Assembly (NCBI RefSeq): GCF_030144855.1
Contig: NC_082732.1
Span: 21,762,001-21,826,000 of the forward strand
Direction of reading: 5' to 3'
DNA length: 64,000 bases
Source: Hypanus sabinus
Taxonomy: Eukaryota
A program made the translations under genes and the position numbers. Of this stretch, positions 1-13,200 are shown piece after piece. The notes under the pieces were generated by a model. The model was not told where the DNA came from. It worked only from the letters and a program-made list of their open reading frames with translations, and ran no database searches. Numbering within the stretch: position 1 is the stretch's first letter; every line of letters begins with the position of its first letter.

Positions 1-455
1 AGCAGATTCACAAGAATAAACCCAGGAGTGAAAGGATAAACATATGAGGATTGTTTAATGTCTTTGGGCCTGTACTTGACAGAATTCAGAAGGATGAGAG
101 GAATCTCTTTGAAACTTAACAGATACTGAAAGACTGGATATGGAGAGGATGTTTCCATTAGTAAGAGAGTATAGAATCTGAGAGCACAGCCTCTCGGAAA
201 TAAGGGGATGCTCCTTCAAAACAGAAGAGGGGGAATTTCTTGATCAAAAAAAGCTGAATCTGGAATTTGTTGCCAGATGTTTGTGAGGCCAAGTCATTGG
301 GTATATATAGGGCAGAGACAGATAGGTTCTTGATGGGTAAGAAAGTTAAAAGTTACAGTGGAAGGCAGAGAATTGGGTTGAAAAAAAATCAGAATGTTTG
401 AATGGTTGAGGAGACTTGGGCTAAATGGCCTTATCCTGCTCCTATATCTTTTAGT
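1..455 (+). mobile_element. CR1-clade LINE, degraded 3' end
   Basis: Similar to the 3' ends of the other CR1 copies here (..ggcctgtact..agaatt..gaatctggaa..aatggcct..ctgctcctat). Confidence 0.7.
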
Positions 456-544
456 ATAAACTGCTGTTGGAAATCGAATTTTCATATTAAGAGAGAAGCT
501 GAATTGTCCTGGGCTAAGACAATGTCAGCAAGTATAGGAAGAGA

Positions 545-1067
545 ACAGCCGTCACATCATGGGTAAAGCCTTCCTAACCATTGAGCACATCTACATGAAA
601 CATTGTCACTGGAAAGCAACATCCATCATCAGGGATCCCCACTGTCCAGGAAATGGTGTTTTCTTGCTGCTGCCATCAGCAAGAAGGTACAAGAACCTCA
701 GGACTCACACCACCAGGTTCAGGAACAGTTACTACCCCTCACCATCAGGCTCTTGAATCAGACAGGATAACTTCACCTGCCCCATCATTGAAATGTTCAC
801 ACAACCAATGGACTCACTTTCAAGGCCTCTTCATCTTATGTTCTTGATATTTATTGCTTATTTATTTAATATTATTAACTCCGTATTGCAGTTTGTTCTC
901 TTCTGCACACTGGTTGAATGCTCTAGTGAGCTGTCTTTCAATTATTCAGTTATGGTTATTATTCTGTAGATTTATTGAGTAAACCCAAAGAAAATGAATC
1001 TCAGGACTGTATATGGTGACATATATGTACTTTGATTTACCATCAAGTAATATAACTTACTTTGAAC
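545..1067 (+). mobile_element. Rex1/Babar-type LINE 3' fragment with 3'UTR
   Basis: Translates SIIRDPHCPGNGVFLLLPSARRYKNLRTHTTRFRNSYYPS; tail gtatatggtgacatatatgtactttga shared with copies at 14630-15035, 29650-30440 and 63660-64000. Confidence 0.7.
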
Positions 1068-1147
1068 ACCTATGGAGCTGTTCCCAGTATGGGTAAATTG
1101 CCACTTAGCCTGACTAATTATGCTGGTTACACAATTCTGATGTTTAC

Positions 1148-1270
1148 CTCTGAGTACAGTGAGTCTGCTATGTCCATCTTTTCTTGTTTGTAAAACACAT
1201 TGGCCATATGGTAATACCCACCAGCTACGTGAATATCGGACACACCAAATACCCGAGTAGCATGGTAAAT
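1148..1270 (-). CDS. ZMYND12: ZMYND12 exon 5
   Basis: tgacag|ATT TAC CAT...TCA GAG|gtaaac; IYHATRVFGVSDIHVAGGYYHMANVFYKQEKMDIADSLYSE; 123 nt; read in a different frame from the ORF track. Confidence 0.93.
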
Positions 1271-4200
1271 CTGTCAAAGGTAAATTTCTGCCATTAGTTT
1301 CTTTCAAATAGTTTTACATTCAATGACATATTTTGTTCTGTCAAGTAATGCCAGTGAACAAGCAGAATAGCTCAAATTTTAATCATAAATTCATCTATGC
1401 TATGCCCATTCCTGCTTGATATATATCAAAACATGATGCACTAAGACTGATTACCTGTGTTTCTCCCCCCCCCCCCCCACTAAACCCTGCCCTAGTGTTT
1501 ATATTATGAGGGAAATGCATATTGGAATCTCTACAGCACACCTTTAGATTAGATTGCAAGACAGGTCTCCCTAATTGACATAGTATCCTTTGTTATTTGA
1601 AAATTTGTTTATAAGTGCGAAGCAGATTACTATTATTTCCTGTAGATAAAATTTAGTTTGGTAATGAAGTACTCAGAAGGTGTGTTGAAGGAAGAAGATG
1701 ACACAATGGCACTTTATTGATCCACACTTAGTCGGTTCAGTTCTGCCAGTTTGTCACGGGGGAGCGGGGCGTGGAATTCATGCCCTCCTGGCTAGAGTTA
1801 CTCCCTAACATTATTGTTCATCTGTCATTTTCCAGATAGAGGCACCTCACTGCTTGTTGTATTTGTGCAACTCACTGCCTGACTACTGTATGACAATTTA
1901 TAAGGAGGCTCCAGTAATGTTGCAAGAAATGAAATCAATTTCCCACTATTGTTGAAGTGAGTGAAATCCCTGCTAAGTGAAGAATCAGATTTGGGAAAAA
2001 AGATGTCCTTAGAGCGAACATTCATTAGGAAAATGTATGCCAAGCAGGGAAGAATGGTACAGAATTTGAGACATAGAACAGGCCATTCAGCCCAACTAGT
2101 CCACAGCAGCACTCATGTTCCATCCCAGACCTTCTCATCTCTCCTCATCTAAATCTACCAGCATTGCCCTCTGTACCTTTCTCTCATGTATTTGCCCAGC
2201 TTCAGCTTAAATCATCAGTACTATTTTCTGCAACCATTTCCAGGGGTAGCAAGTTCCACATTCTTGCTACTCTTTAGGTAAAAAGTTTCTCTTTGAATTG
2301 CTTATTGGATTTTTTTAGTCTCTATATTGATAGTCTTCAGATTTGTTTTTGCCTAATTGAATCATTTTCACTGTATTCACCCAATCAAAATCTTGCATTG
2401 ATTAAAAAAATCTATATATGGCATTGTGAGTGTTGAGATGTTCTTTCCTAGTACTAAAACATTCTTGTACTCATTTATACACCATTTAAAATTGTTTCCA
2501 ATGTTCTAATTGAGGTATCAACACTATTACCCATTTAATTTCAAGTTTGCAGCCTTTCAAAATCAGTTTTTCTCCACTTTATTAACCTGATTCTTGGCAT
2601 AGTGTTATGATTTTGCAGTGCATAATGTTAAGATCAATATTGCCTCATAGTTCCCCTCCCCTACCTACTCTAGGTCATTCCTTATGCAATAGACAAACAT
2701 CTTTGTTAAATATTTCAAATATTGAGCTAGGAAAGAGACCTCTACAAATTGGTGGAAACACCATTTCCACCTCCTCTTCATTTATCTCATAAACAAGTAA
2801 TATTGGGATAGCTTAAATTCCCTGTGATTTTTTAAATGTTTTATGCATATTCCCTAATTGATGTGCATATATATTTCCCTTTTTTACACTGCTGTGCCCA
2901 TTAGTGCAATTGCTCCTTTATTGTCTTTTAGCCCATTTGTCTTCCTTATTGCAATGTTTTACCTTTCTAATGCCACTGTTTTATCCCTGATAAGTATTGC
3001 TACCTTTTCTCCTTTTATTCCCCTCTCAAACATTTTAAGTACATATGCTATAACCTGGAACATTTAATTCCTTCTCCTGTAGCCATGTCTCAATAAATCC
3101 TAGCAGGCCAGTTCTTGCCAGCACATGATTATGTTTCATTATGGTCACTGTGTGGATTGCTGGGCAAGCAGTCTAATTCATTTTTAATATGATTTATTCT
3201 CACTTCATGGTTTATATTTCAGACCCTGCTCTGAAACCTTTTCTTCCTTTTAATGTCCTCCTTTATGTTTTCCTCTACTCTCTTTTGTTGTTCTATTTAT
3301 ATGTTGACTGTTTTTTTTTAAAATTCCCTCCCCACCTCTCTCTCTCAGCGGGCTCCACCTCTCATCTCAGTTAGTTAAAGCCCTCAGTACAACTCTTTGA
3401 CTCATGACCATGAAAAGGAGGATAATAATCATGCTGATAATGCTGAATATTTTAAGAATAAACATTCACTGTGCAAACAAGCCTGAAAAGGGGCTGAGGT
3501 ATGGTGTACAGAGGAAAGGAAAACACTTCTTCATTTCTCTGTTCATGAGAAAGGGTGATGGATCGAGATAAGGTGACGTTATTATTCATGTCAATAGTTA
3601 TGGATGAGGAGTACCTCATTACACAAAAACAAGATTTATATAGTGCTCCTTGGAGTCAATAAAGAGCATCTGAAATGTGATCATTGTTGCAATGTGGGAA
3701 ATGCAGCAGTCAATTTACATAGTCAGATTTGATACATGATCAGTCAGTGTGTTTTTAGTAATGTTGCCTTGGGAATAGAAATATAGAAGACCTACAGCAC
3801 AATACAGGCCCTTCAGTTCACAATGTTGTGCCAAATATGTACAAAATAAATCTGGAACAACTCCCATCTGTAGTTCACAATACTACTTCAGGCAATGGAT
3901 CAGGTTCAGTTTAACATATTTGAGATGATTAATTCAGCCAATGCAGTGCTTCTTTGGAGTATCAGCCTTGATTTTGTGTTCGAGTCTCAACAGAGGCTCC
4001 TGAACCCACTGTGTTCTACCATACATAAACAACTGAGCTAGAGTGGAAGGACCTAGAGCACAAAATAGTGCCTAAATATAGGATAAAAATGTTGCCAGGA
4101 AGCATTTGAATGATTTAGCTTAAACACTGTGGCTATCTCCATCAGTTCCTTCAGCTAGGCAGAAGCTACACTAGTGACATACTTGGTTAAGAAGACTGGG

Positions 4201-7200
4201 ATGTATTTCTACAAACCTTATTTGTGCTTCCAGATTGGAGGGAGGGAAAAAAATGAAACAGAAAGAATATTATTAATGTTTCTCTTTGTCAACTGATTTC
4301 TTCTCAAATACTTACATCATCAGCAAAGTACCAGAGTGCTTTGTCATATTCACATTTGGCAGTGTACAGCAGACCCAGATTTCGGTATAACTTGTATTGA
4401 ATGGCATTAATACACTCCGTGGTCTTCATCATTGTCCACTGAGCTTGAGATAGATATTCTTCTGCTTCATACAATCGGCCAAGGCCTGAGAAGAAAACGG
4501 AGATATTTACCAACTGTGCATTAACACACAAGCCCAATAAATATAATTCATTTGACTTTTGGCCCAACACATTGATGCAATCATGAAGAAGGTGTGCCAG
4601 TGGGTCTTCTTCTTAGGAGTTTGAGATTTGTCTCTGGCAAATTTTATAGATATACAGTGGAGAGCATTCTGAGTGGTTGCATTACAGTCTGGCATGGAGG
4701 TGCTAATACACAGGAATGCAAAAGACTGCAGGGGTCATAGACTTGCCCAGTTCCATCTTGGGCACAACCCTTCCCACCATCAAGTACACCTTTAAGAGGA
4801 GCTGCCTTGAGAATGTGGCATCCAAGAACCTCATCTTCTGGAACTTGTGTTATTCCCATTAGGGAAGAGGTACAGGAGCCTGGAGACCCACACTTAACAT
4901 TTCAAGAATAGCTTCTTCCCCTCCACCATCAGTTTTCTAAATGGTCCATGAGCGCTATCTTACTATTCATCTTTTGCGCAATTTGTGTTTTTGTAGCTTA
5001 TACTAATTTTATGTCTTTCATAAAAAATTAATTGTTGCATAACAACAAATTTCATTACATGTGTTAGTGACATGAATCTGATTCTGGTTGGCAATTGTAG
5101 TAAGCAATGTAAAGCAGCATGCACAGGTTGGTAGATTGAATCAATATTAAGTTCTGCTCTGATTTCTGACCTGTTAATTACTAACTGGCTAGGTTCAAAA
5201 GTTCAATGTAAATTTATTATCGAAGTACATATATGTCACCGTATACAATTCTGAGATTCATTTTCTTCTGAGCATTCACAGTAAATACTTAGAAACACCA
5301 CAGAATCAATGAAAAACCCTTTCTTAACAAGACAATCACATAACCCACAAGCAAAAGTGGGAGAGCATTTTGGATGATCTTAATTCTATCTCCTTTACAA
5401 TAGCATTGGAGAGAGATAGGAACAGACAAGTTAGAAAAATGTTTAATTGGAGTACGGAGAATTATGACACTATCAGGCAAGAACTTGGAAGCTTAAATTG
5501 GGAACAGATGTTCTCAGGGAAAGGTACAGAAGAAATGTGGCAAATGTTCAGGGGATATTTGTGTGGAGTTCTGCAAAGGTATGTTACAATGAGACAGGGA
5601 AGTTATGGTAGGGTACAGGAACCGTGGTGTACAAAGGCTGTAGTAAATCTAGTCAAGAAGAAAAGAAAAGCTTACGAAAGGTTCAGAGAGTTAGGTAATG
5701 TTAGAGAGCTAGAAGATTATAAGACTAACAGGAAGGAGCTTAAAAAGGAAATTAAGAGAGCCAGAAGGGGCCATGAGAAGGCCTTGGTGGGCAGGATTAA
5801 GGAAATTCCCAAGGTATTCTACGTATATGAAGAGCAAGAGGATAAGAAGAGAAAGTATAGGACCTATCAAGTGTGACAGTGGGAAAGTGTGTATGGAACC
5901 GGAGGAGTACTTAATGAATACTTTACTTCAGTATTCACTATGGATCTTGGTGATTGTAGTGATGACTTGCAGCAGACTGAAAAGCTTGAGCAGGTAGATA
6001 TTAAGAAAGAGGATGTGTTGGAGTTTTTGGAAAGCATCAAGTTGGATAAGTCACCAGGACTGGATGAGATGTACCCCAGGCTACTGTGGAAGGTAAGGGA
6101 GGAGATTGCTGAGCCTCTGGCAATGATCTTTGCATCATCAATGGAGGTGGGAGAGGTTCCGGAGGATTGGAGGGTTGCAGATGTTATTCCCTTATTCAAG
6201 AAATGGAGTAGAGATAGCCCAGGAAATTATAGACCAGTGAGTCTTACTTCAGTGGATGGAGAAGATAGTGAGAGGCAGGATTAATGAACATTTGGAGAGG
6301 TATAATATAATTAGGAATAGTCAGCATGGCTTTGTCAAGGGGAGGTTGTGCTTTACAAGCCTGATTGAACTTTTTAAGGATGTGACTAAACACATTGATG
6401 AAGGAATAACAGTAGATGTAGTGTATATGGATTTCAGCAAGGCATTTGATTAAGTACCCCATGCAAGGCTTATTGAGAAAGTAAGGAGGCATGGGATCCA
6501 AGGGGACATTGCTTTGTGGATCCAGAACTGGCTTGCCCACAGAAGGCAAAGATGGGTCATATTCTGCATGGAGTTTGGTGACCAGTGGTGTGCCTCAGGG
6601 ATCTGTTCTGGGACCCTTACTCTTCATGATTTTTATAAAATACCTGGATGAGGAAGTGGAGGGATGGGTTAGTAAATTTGCTGATGGAGCAAAGGTTGGG
6701 GGTGTTGTGGAAAGTGTGGAGGGTTGTCAGAGGTTGCAGTGGGACATTGATAGGATGTAAAACGACTGAGAAGTGGCAGATGGAGTTCAACCTAGATAAA
6801 TGTAGGTCAAATATGATGGAAGAATATAGTATTAATGGTAAGACTCTTGGCAGTGTGGAAGATCAGAGGGATCTTGGGGTCCAAGTCCATAGGACGCTCA
6901 AAGCAGCGCCGCAGGTTGACTCTGTGGTTAAGAAGGCGTATGGTGTATTGGCCTTCATCAATCGTGAAATTGAATTTAGGAGCCGAGAAGTAATGTTGCA
7001 GCTATATAGGACCCTGGTCAGGCCCCACTTGGAGTACTGTGCACAGTTCTGGTCGCCTCACTACAGGAAGGATGTGGAAGCCATAGAAAGAGTTCAGAGG
7101 AAATTTACAAGGATGTTGCCTGTATTGGGGAGCATGCCTTATGAAAACAGGTTGACTGAACTCAGCCTTTTTTCTCCTTGGAGTGACAGAGGATGAGAGT

Positions 7201-10200
7201 AAACATGAAATACACTGCAAATGCTGGGGTCAAAGCAACACATACAACATGCTGGAGGAACTCAGCAGGACTGACGAAGGGTCTTGGCCCAAAACATTGA
7301 CTGCTCGTTTCCATAGAGGATGAGAAGTGACCTGATAGATGTGTATGATCGTATGATAGAGGCTTTTTCCCAAGGCTGAAATGGATGCCACAAGAAGACA
7401 CAGGTTTAAGGTGCTTGGGAGTAGGTACAGAGGAGATATCAGGGGTAAGTTTTTTACGCAGAGAGTGGTGAGCATGTGGAATGGGCTGCCGGCAACAGTG
7501 GTGGAGGCGGATACGATAGGGTCTTTTAAGAGACTTTTGGATAGGTACATGGAGCTTAGAAAAATAGAAGGCTATGGGTAAGCCTAGTAATTTCTAAGGT
7601 AGGGACATGTTCGGCACAATGTTATGGGCTGAAGGGCCTGTCAGTTTTCTACGTTTCTATGTTTCTAAAAGACAAAAAAAAACTCTGAATACAAAATATT
7701 AAATAAATAAATAAATAAATAAGCAAGCAAGCAATAAATTTTGAGAACATGAAATAGAAAGTCCTTGAAAGTGACTCCATAGGTTTGGGAATAGTTCAGT
7801 GTTGGGGTGAGTGAAATTGAGTGAATTTATCCTCTTTGGTTCAAGAACCTAATGTTTGAGGGTAATAACTGCACCTGAACCTGATGGTGTGGGTCCTGAA
7901 GCTCCTGTACTTCCTCCTGGTGACAGCAACGAGAAGAGAGCACTGTCTGGATGGTGGGGATCCTTGATGATGGATGTTGCTTTCCTGTGACACTGCTCCT
8001 TCTGGATGTGCTCAATGGTGGAGAGAGCTTTACCTGTGAAGAACTGAGCTGTATCCACTACTTATTGTAGTCTTTTCCTTTAAAGGGATTTGTTCCACTC
8101 AACCGGACTTTCAGTCCTTCCTATACGCTGATCCGACGCCACCTTTAATTCAGCCAATGACAGTGGTATCGTCAGCAAACCTGGAGTTGTACTTAGCCTC
8201 ACAGTTATAAATATAAAGTGGGTAGAGCAGGGGGCTAAACACACAGACTTTCAATAGACATATAAGATAAACACTTGGAAAAGGCTCTCAACAAATATCG
8301 GAACCAGAGTAAAAATGCTTTATTAACACTCCAGAAATATTCAATTTTTTGCTGTTATTGTATGAGAAAATCACAGAAAAATTATTATAAAGCACTTTTC
8401 AATGAATGGGATTCTAGTTCAATGAAAGAAAGCACATCCTCCTTTTAAAATCTGTTAGTTTTCTGAAAATTAAGACTATAAGATATAGGAGCAGAACGAG
8501 GCCATTCCATCATGGCTGATCCATTTTCCCTCTCAGCCCCAGTTTTCTGCCTTCTCCCCATATCCCTTCATGCTTGGACTAATCTGCCTTAATATACCCA
8601 ATGACTTGGCCTCCACAGCCCACCTGTGGTAGCGAATTCCACAGATTCACCACTCTCTTGTTAAAGAAATTCCTCCTCATTCCTGTTCCAATAGGATGAC
8701 CATCTATTGAGGCTGGGTCCTCTGGTCTTAGGAAACATTCTCCATATCCTCTCTTATTGAGGCCTTTCAGCATTCCATAGGTTTCATTGGTCACCCCTCA
8801 TTTTTCTGAATTCCAGTTAGTAAAGGCCCAGAGCCATCGAATGCTCTTCATATGACAAGCCTTTCAATCCCAGAATCATTTTCATGAATGTCCTTTGAAC
8901 CCTCTCCAATGTTCGCACATCCTTTCTTAGATAAGGGACCCAAAACTGCTCACAAAACTCTTGAGTGAGGCCTCACCAGTGCTTTATAAAGCCTCAACAT
9001 TACAAATTAATATACATCAAAGGGATCAAATGTTCAATATTTCCACACACAATCTCCATTCTGGAGTTGACAAAGTTCCAAGAAGAATCACTGCCATGGC
9101 AATGCAATTTTTTTTCATGGAAGTATGCCTTAGTCACACATTTTGAAGCAAGAAGATGAAAATGGTGGGGGGGAGGTGGGAACCCCACAAGCAATCAAAT
9201 GAAGAAGTAATGGTTTTCTAAGTGTTCCAGTCCACTCCTTTAATAAGCTGTTCAATTAAATTCCTTTGCAATCCATACTTAACTGATCACACAACTAATT
9301 TATGCTATCATCCCTCATTATTTAACCCCTTTAGTTGAGAATTATGTTGGTGAAACTGCTCTGTCCTCACTTCTTGAAGTTCAGTGCCTAGAACCACAGT
9401 ACTCTAGAATTCAACCACTGTAATGCGACTTCTAGCCCTCCAACATAAAGGTAAGCAATCCACTTTTGAAAATTGTTATAGCAATTATTCTGTAGCTCTT
9501 ACAAATTTCTGTACTTGGACCCTTAGATATTTTTTTCTGTTTCTCAGGTCCTCGTGCCATTTAGGAAACAATTGTATTTATCTTCTTAATATCAAAAATG
9601 GACAGTTTGTGATGACGTAGTTTAACGACTGTTTAGTTCCTCACAGGTGACATGGCAATCCACATAGTACATTGAACATTCTTACCGATACTAGCTTCAG
9701 CCAGGAGTAATTGCGATGGCACTAACTCAGCGGAGAGGCTGCCGTAAACAGCAGATGCAAAGCGCATGGACTGCAAGGCTCCAGGAATAGCCTTTTCATG
9801 TTTACCCTCAAACAGAAGCTTTTGAGCCACAGTTCGTGTCAGATCAATGAGATATTTCTGTAAAAGCAAAAGCATTAGGAAGAAATATAAACCATCAGTG
9901 TTAAATATTATTAAACCTAGAAAATGCAGATGCTGGAAATTTTAAAGATAAACAGAAAATCTGGAAATACACACCAGGTCAACGAGTGTATGTGGAGAGA
10001 AGGAGAAGGTCATATTTTAGGTGTAAGCCCAGTTGATAGAGCTGGAAAAAGGGGGGAGAAACAAGTATGTTTTAAGTTGGAGAGAGTGGAAAGAACAGAG
10101 AGAACAGAAGGACATTCAAAGGTTGTCCAGGTAACAAATATTTAATTGCCAACTGTTATGGAGAGAGAAAAGAAAGCAAAGAACATGTTAGAATTACCAG

Positions 10201-13200
10201 AACCAGAGAACAAGAATTGCTGGAAGAGATAATACTGAAACTACGTTGCGGATCTGACATGCATCTGTGTAAAGAGAGCCAAAGTAAGTTAATCTCACAG
10301 GAGGTTGGCATTATATGAGAGCACTGACATAAACAGGAAAGGCCAGCAAACTGCAACTGCTGAATTCATCATAGGTTCCCATACATCGCAACCTGTCTAG
10401 ATGGATGATGAGGTGCTGAAACACTGTAGGAGGCCAAAGAAAAAGAAGACCATAAGATATAGGAGCAGGAGTAGGCCATTCAGCCTATCGAGTCTTCTCC
10501 GCCATTCAATACTGGGCTAATCCAATTCTTCCAATCAGCCCCATTCCCCTGCCTTCTCCCAATACCCTATGATGCCCTGGCTAATCAAGAACTTATCTCT
10601 GCCTTAAATGCACCCAATGACTTGGCCTCCATAGCTGCTCGTGGCAACAAATTCCACAGATTTACCACCCTCTGACTAAAGTAATGTCTCCGCATCTCAG
10701 TTCTAAATGGGCATCCTTCAATCCTGAAGTTGTTCCCCCTTGTTCTAGATTCCCTTATCATGGGAAATAACTTTGCCATATCGAATCTATTCAGGCCTTT
10801 TAACATTTAGAATGTTTCTATGAGATTCCCCCCCCCCCCCAATTCTCCTGAACTCCGGGGAATACAGCCCAAGAGCTGCGGGATGTTCCTCATACAGTAA
10901 GTCTAAGTATTAATTAACATTAATTTTTTTGTGTTAAGTATATTACTTTCTACAGCAACCAATTAATATTATGACTATAATGTGCTTGGCTAAAGACATC
11001 CACTTAAGAGAAATGAGTAATTTTGTAGTTCAACTTTTACTGAAAGGCTTTTCTATAGAAACAATTTAGTGGTACTCCATCAAACCTCATGCCCCAAGCT
11101 TCATGTGCTAATTGAGAAAGTGGATGTTGACAAGCTGTTCAACAATGGGAGAGCAATGTAACCACATTTGATATTCCACATATAAATGTATTTTGACAAG
11201 GATTACAATCAGTACAACAATCTGACAAGAAGCAAGAACCCTGGATGCATTTTAAAAAATTTTATTAACGCCAGTTCAAGTAACTCACACTTCCAAGTGA
11301 CAAACATAACTTAATGATCAGTTATGAATGAAGTTCCTTGTGAACTGCCTTGTGAATATAGGTTGACTTTTTACTTAATACAGTATACCTAATTGACAGA
11401 AATGAGCTATTGTTTCTCAGGCTTTTGTTGGGCCTCACTGGAACAGTGCAAGAAGCCACAGATAAAGAGGTCAGACTGGAATGGAATAAGGGTATTAATG
11501 CAGCACCGTCACTCCCGTGAACGGAATGCAGCTGTTTTGCAAAACATTAATCCGACCTGCAGTTGTTTTCTCCAGAGTAGGGGAGATTACATTATGAACA
11601 CCAAATGCACTACACTGGATTGGAATCACTGCTTCACCCAGAAAGACTTTGGGTCCCTGGGTGGCAGGGAGGGAGGAGGTGAAAGAAGAGGTATTGAATC
11701 TCCTGCTGTTGCATGGGGAAGTGACAAAACGTGGAGAAAGAATTAATTCATCTTTTTTCATTCACAACACTAAATCTAAAATATCCAGCTTCCATTTTGG
11801 TTTCTCAACATACTGATCTAGAAAACAATCTCTTGTACACTCCAGATGTTTCTTTTCCTCTATGCTATTTAATCTGATTTGGTTTGCTCAGTATATTTTA
11901 AGACCCCATAGCTATTGTATTACTTTTTTCAGCAGGCATCTATCTATTTTTTGACTCATGCTCAAGAAAATTGACTCATTCACAGATCATTCTTGTGCAA
12001 AAAAAATCACATACGTGCATATGCCCCAGTAGCACTGTGTTCATTCAATCAATCTCCTAGTAGGAGAAGGGCCTAATCACCTTATGGGTGTGGTCTGCAC
12101 AGTCTCCAATTGCAGAAATTGTAAAAAAAAAAATTACAAGACATTTTTATACACAGTTAGGGTGCATAACAGTTCCACCAAAATACCAAAATTCCTTTGT
12201 TTTATCTTAAGAAATGTAAAACTAATTCTGACATTGCTTTCCCTGTGATTCATTGGAAAACTTGCCCTCTGTCAATATCCAATCATTACAAGGTTTAATC
12301 AAGCAATACATGATTACGACTCACTCTCTCCAGAGATCATTTGTATTTCCAAATCATCTTTGGTACCCTTTTGTATTGAACAGATTTGTCATCTACCTGC
12401 ACTTCTGTGGTAATAAATTTCGTCACTTACTTCGAGAGACCTATTATCTCTTTTCCACTTTCTTTACCACCACTGTTTTCTATTACTGACATTGTGATAA
12501 TTTGTTACGTGCTGTTTGGCTGTCATGCTTGTTAGCATTATAATCCCAGTGCCTTGTTTCCATTTTAGCACTTTGGATGATCCTGGAGATGTAATTCAAA
12601 TGCTTTATAAAACTCATTCTTTTCTGAATTTATATTTCTGGATCTGTTCTTAGAATATTGTTTTAGATTATTTTCTTGTGATACATCTTAAGAAGAAATT
12701 ACAAAATTATATTCAGAAGAATTTGAATGTTAGTCTCTTAATATTATTGATCACTTTTTCTAATGTCCATACTAAGCAGCGACACACAATTTATATGTTT
12801 AAGGTGCAGTATAAGGCTCTTTTTCCAGCCCTGCATTAAATCCTTCCAACAGCTAATGAAGATTTATTTTTTCCAATGTACCATGTGACAAATGAATGTA
12901 TCCATGAAACCTTGACTGATTTAATATCATTTTCATAAACTTGGCTTGCACTAATAGTGCGGACTATTTTCTAAATGGGAAGAAGGTTCAAACATCAGAG
13001 GTGCAAAGGGATTTTGGAGTTCTTGTGCAAGATTCCCATAGGGGTAATTTATAGCAACACACACAAAATGCTGGTGGAACGCAGCAGGACAGGCAGCATC
13101 TAAAGGAAGAAGTACAGCTGACTTTTCGGGCCGAGACCCTTCGTTGTGTGTGTGTTGCTTGAATTTCCAGCATCTGCAGATTTCCTCATGTTTGGGGTAA

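Larger units (their letters stand above)
5195..8247 (-). mobile_element. Rex1/Babar-type LINE fragment (5195-5357 and 7667-8247) split by a CR1 insertion
   Basis: Minus-strand CVFSPLLY and FADDT RT motifs near 8170-8245; SIIKDPHHP motif at 7827-8058; 3'UTR is continuous across the CR1. Confidence 0.7.
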
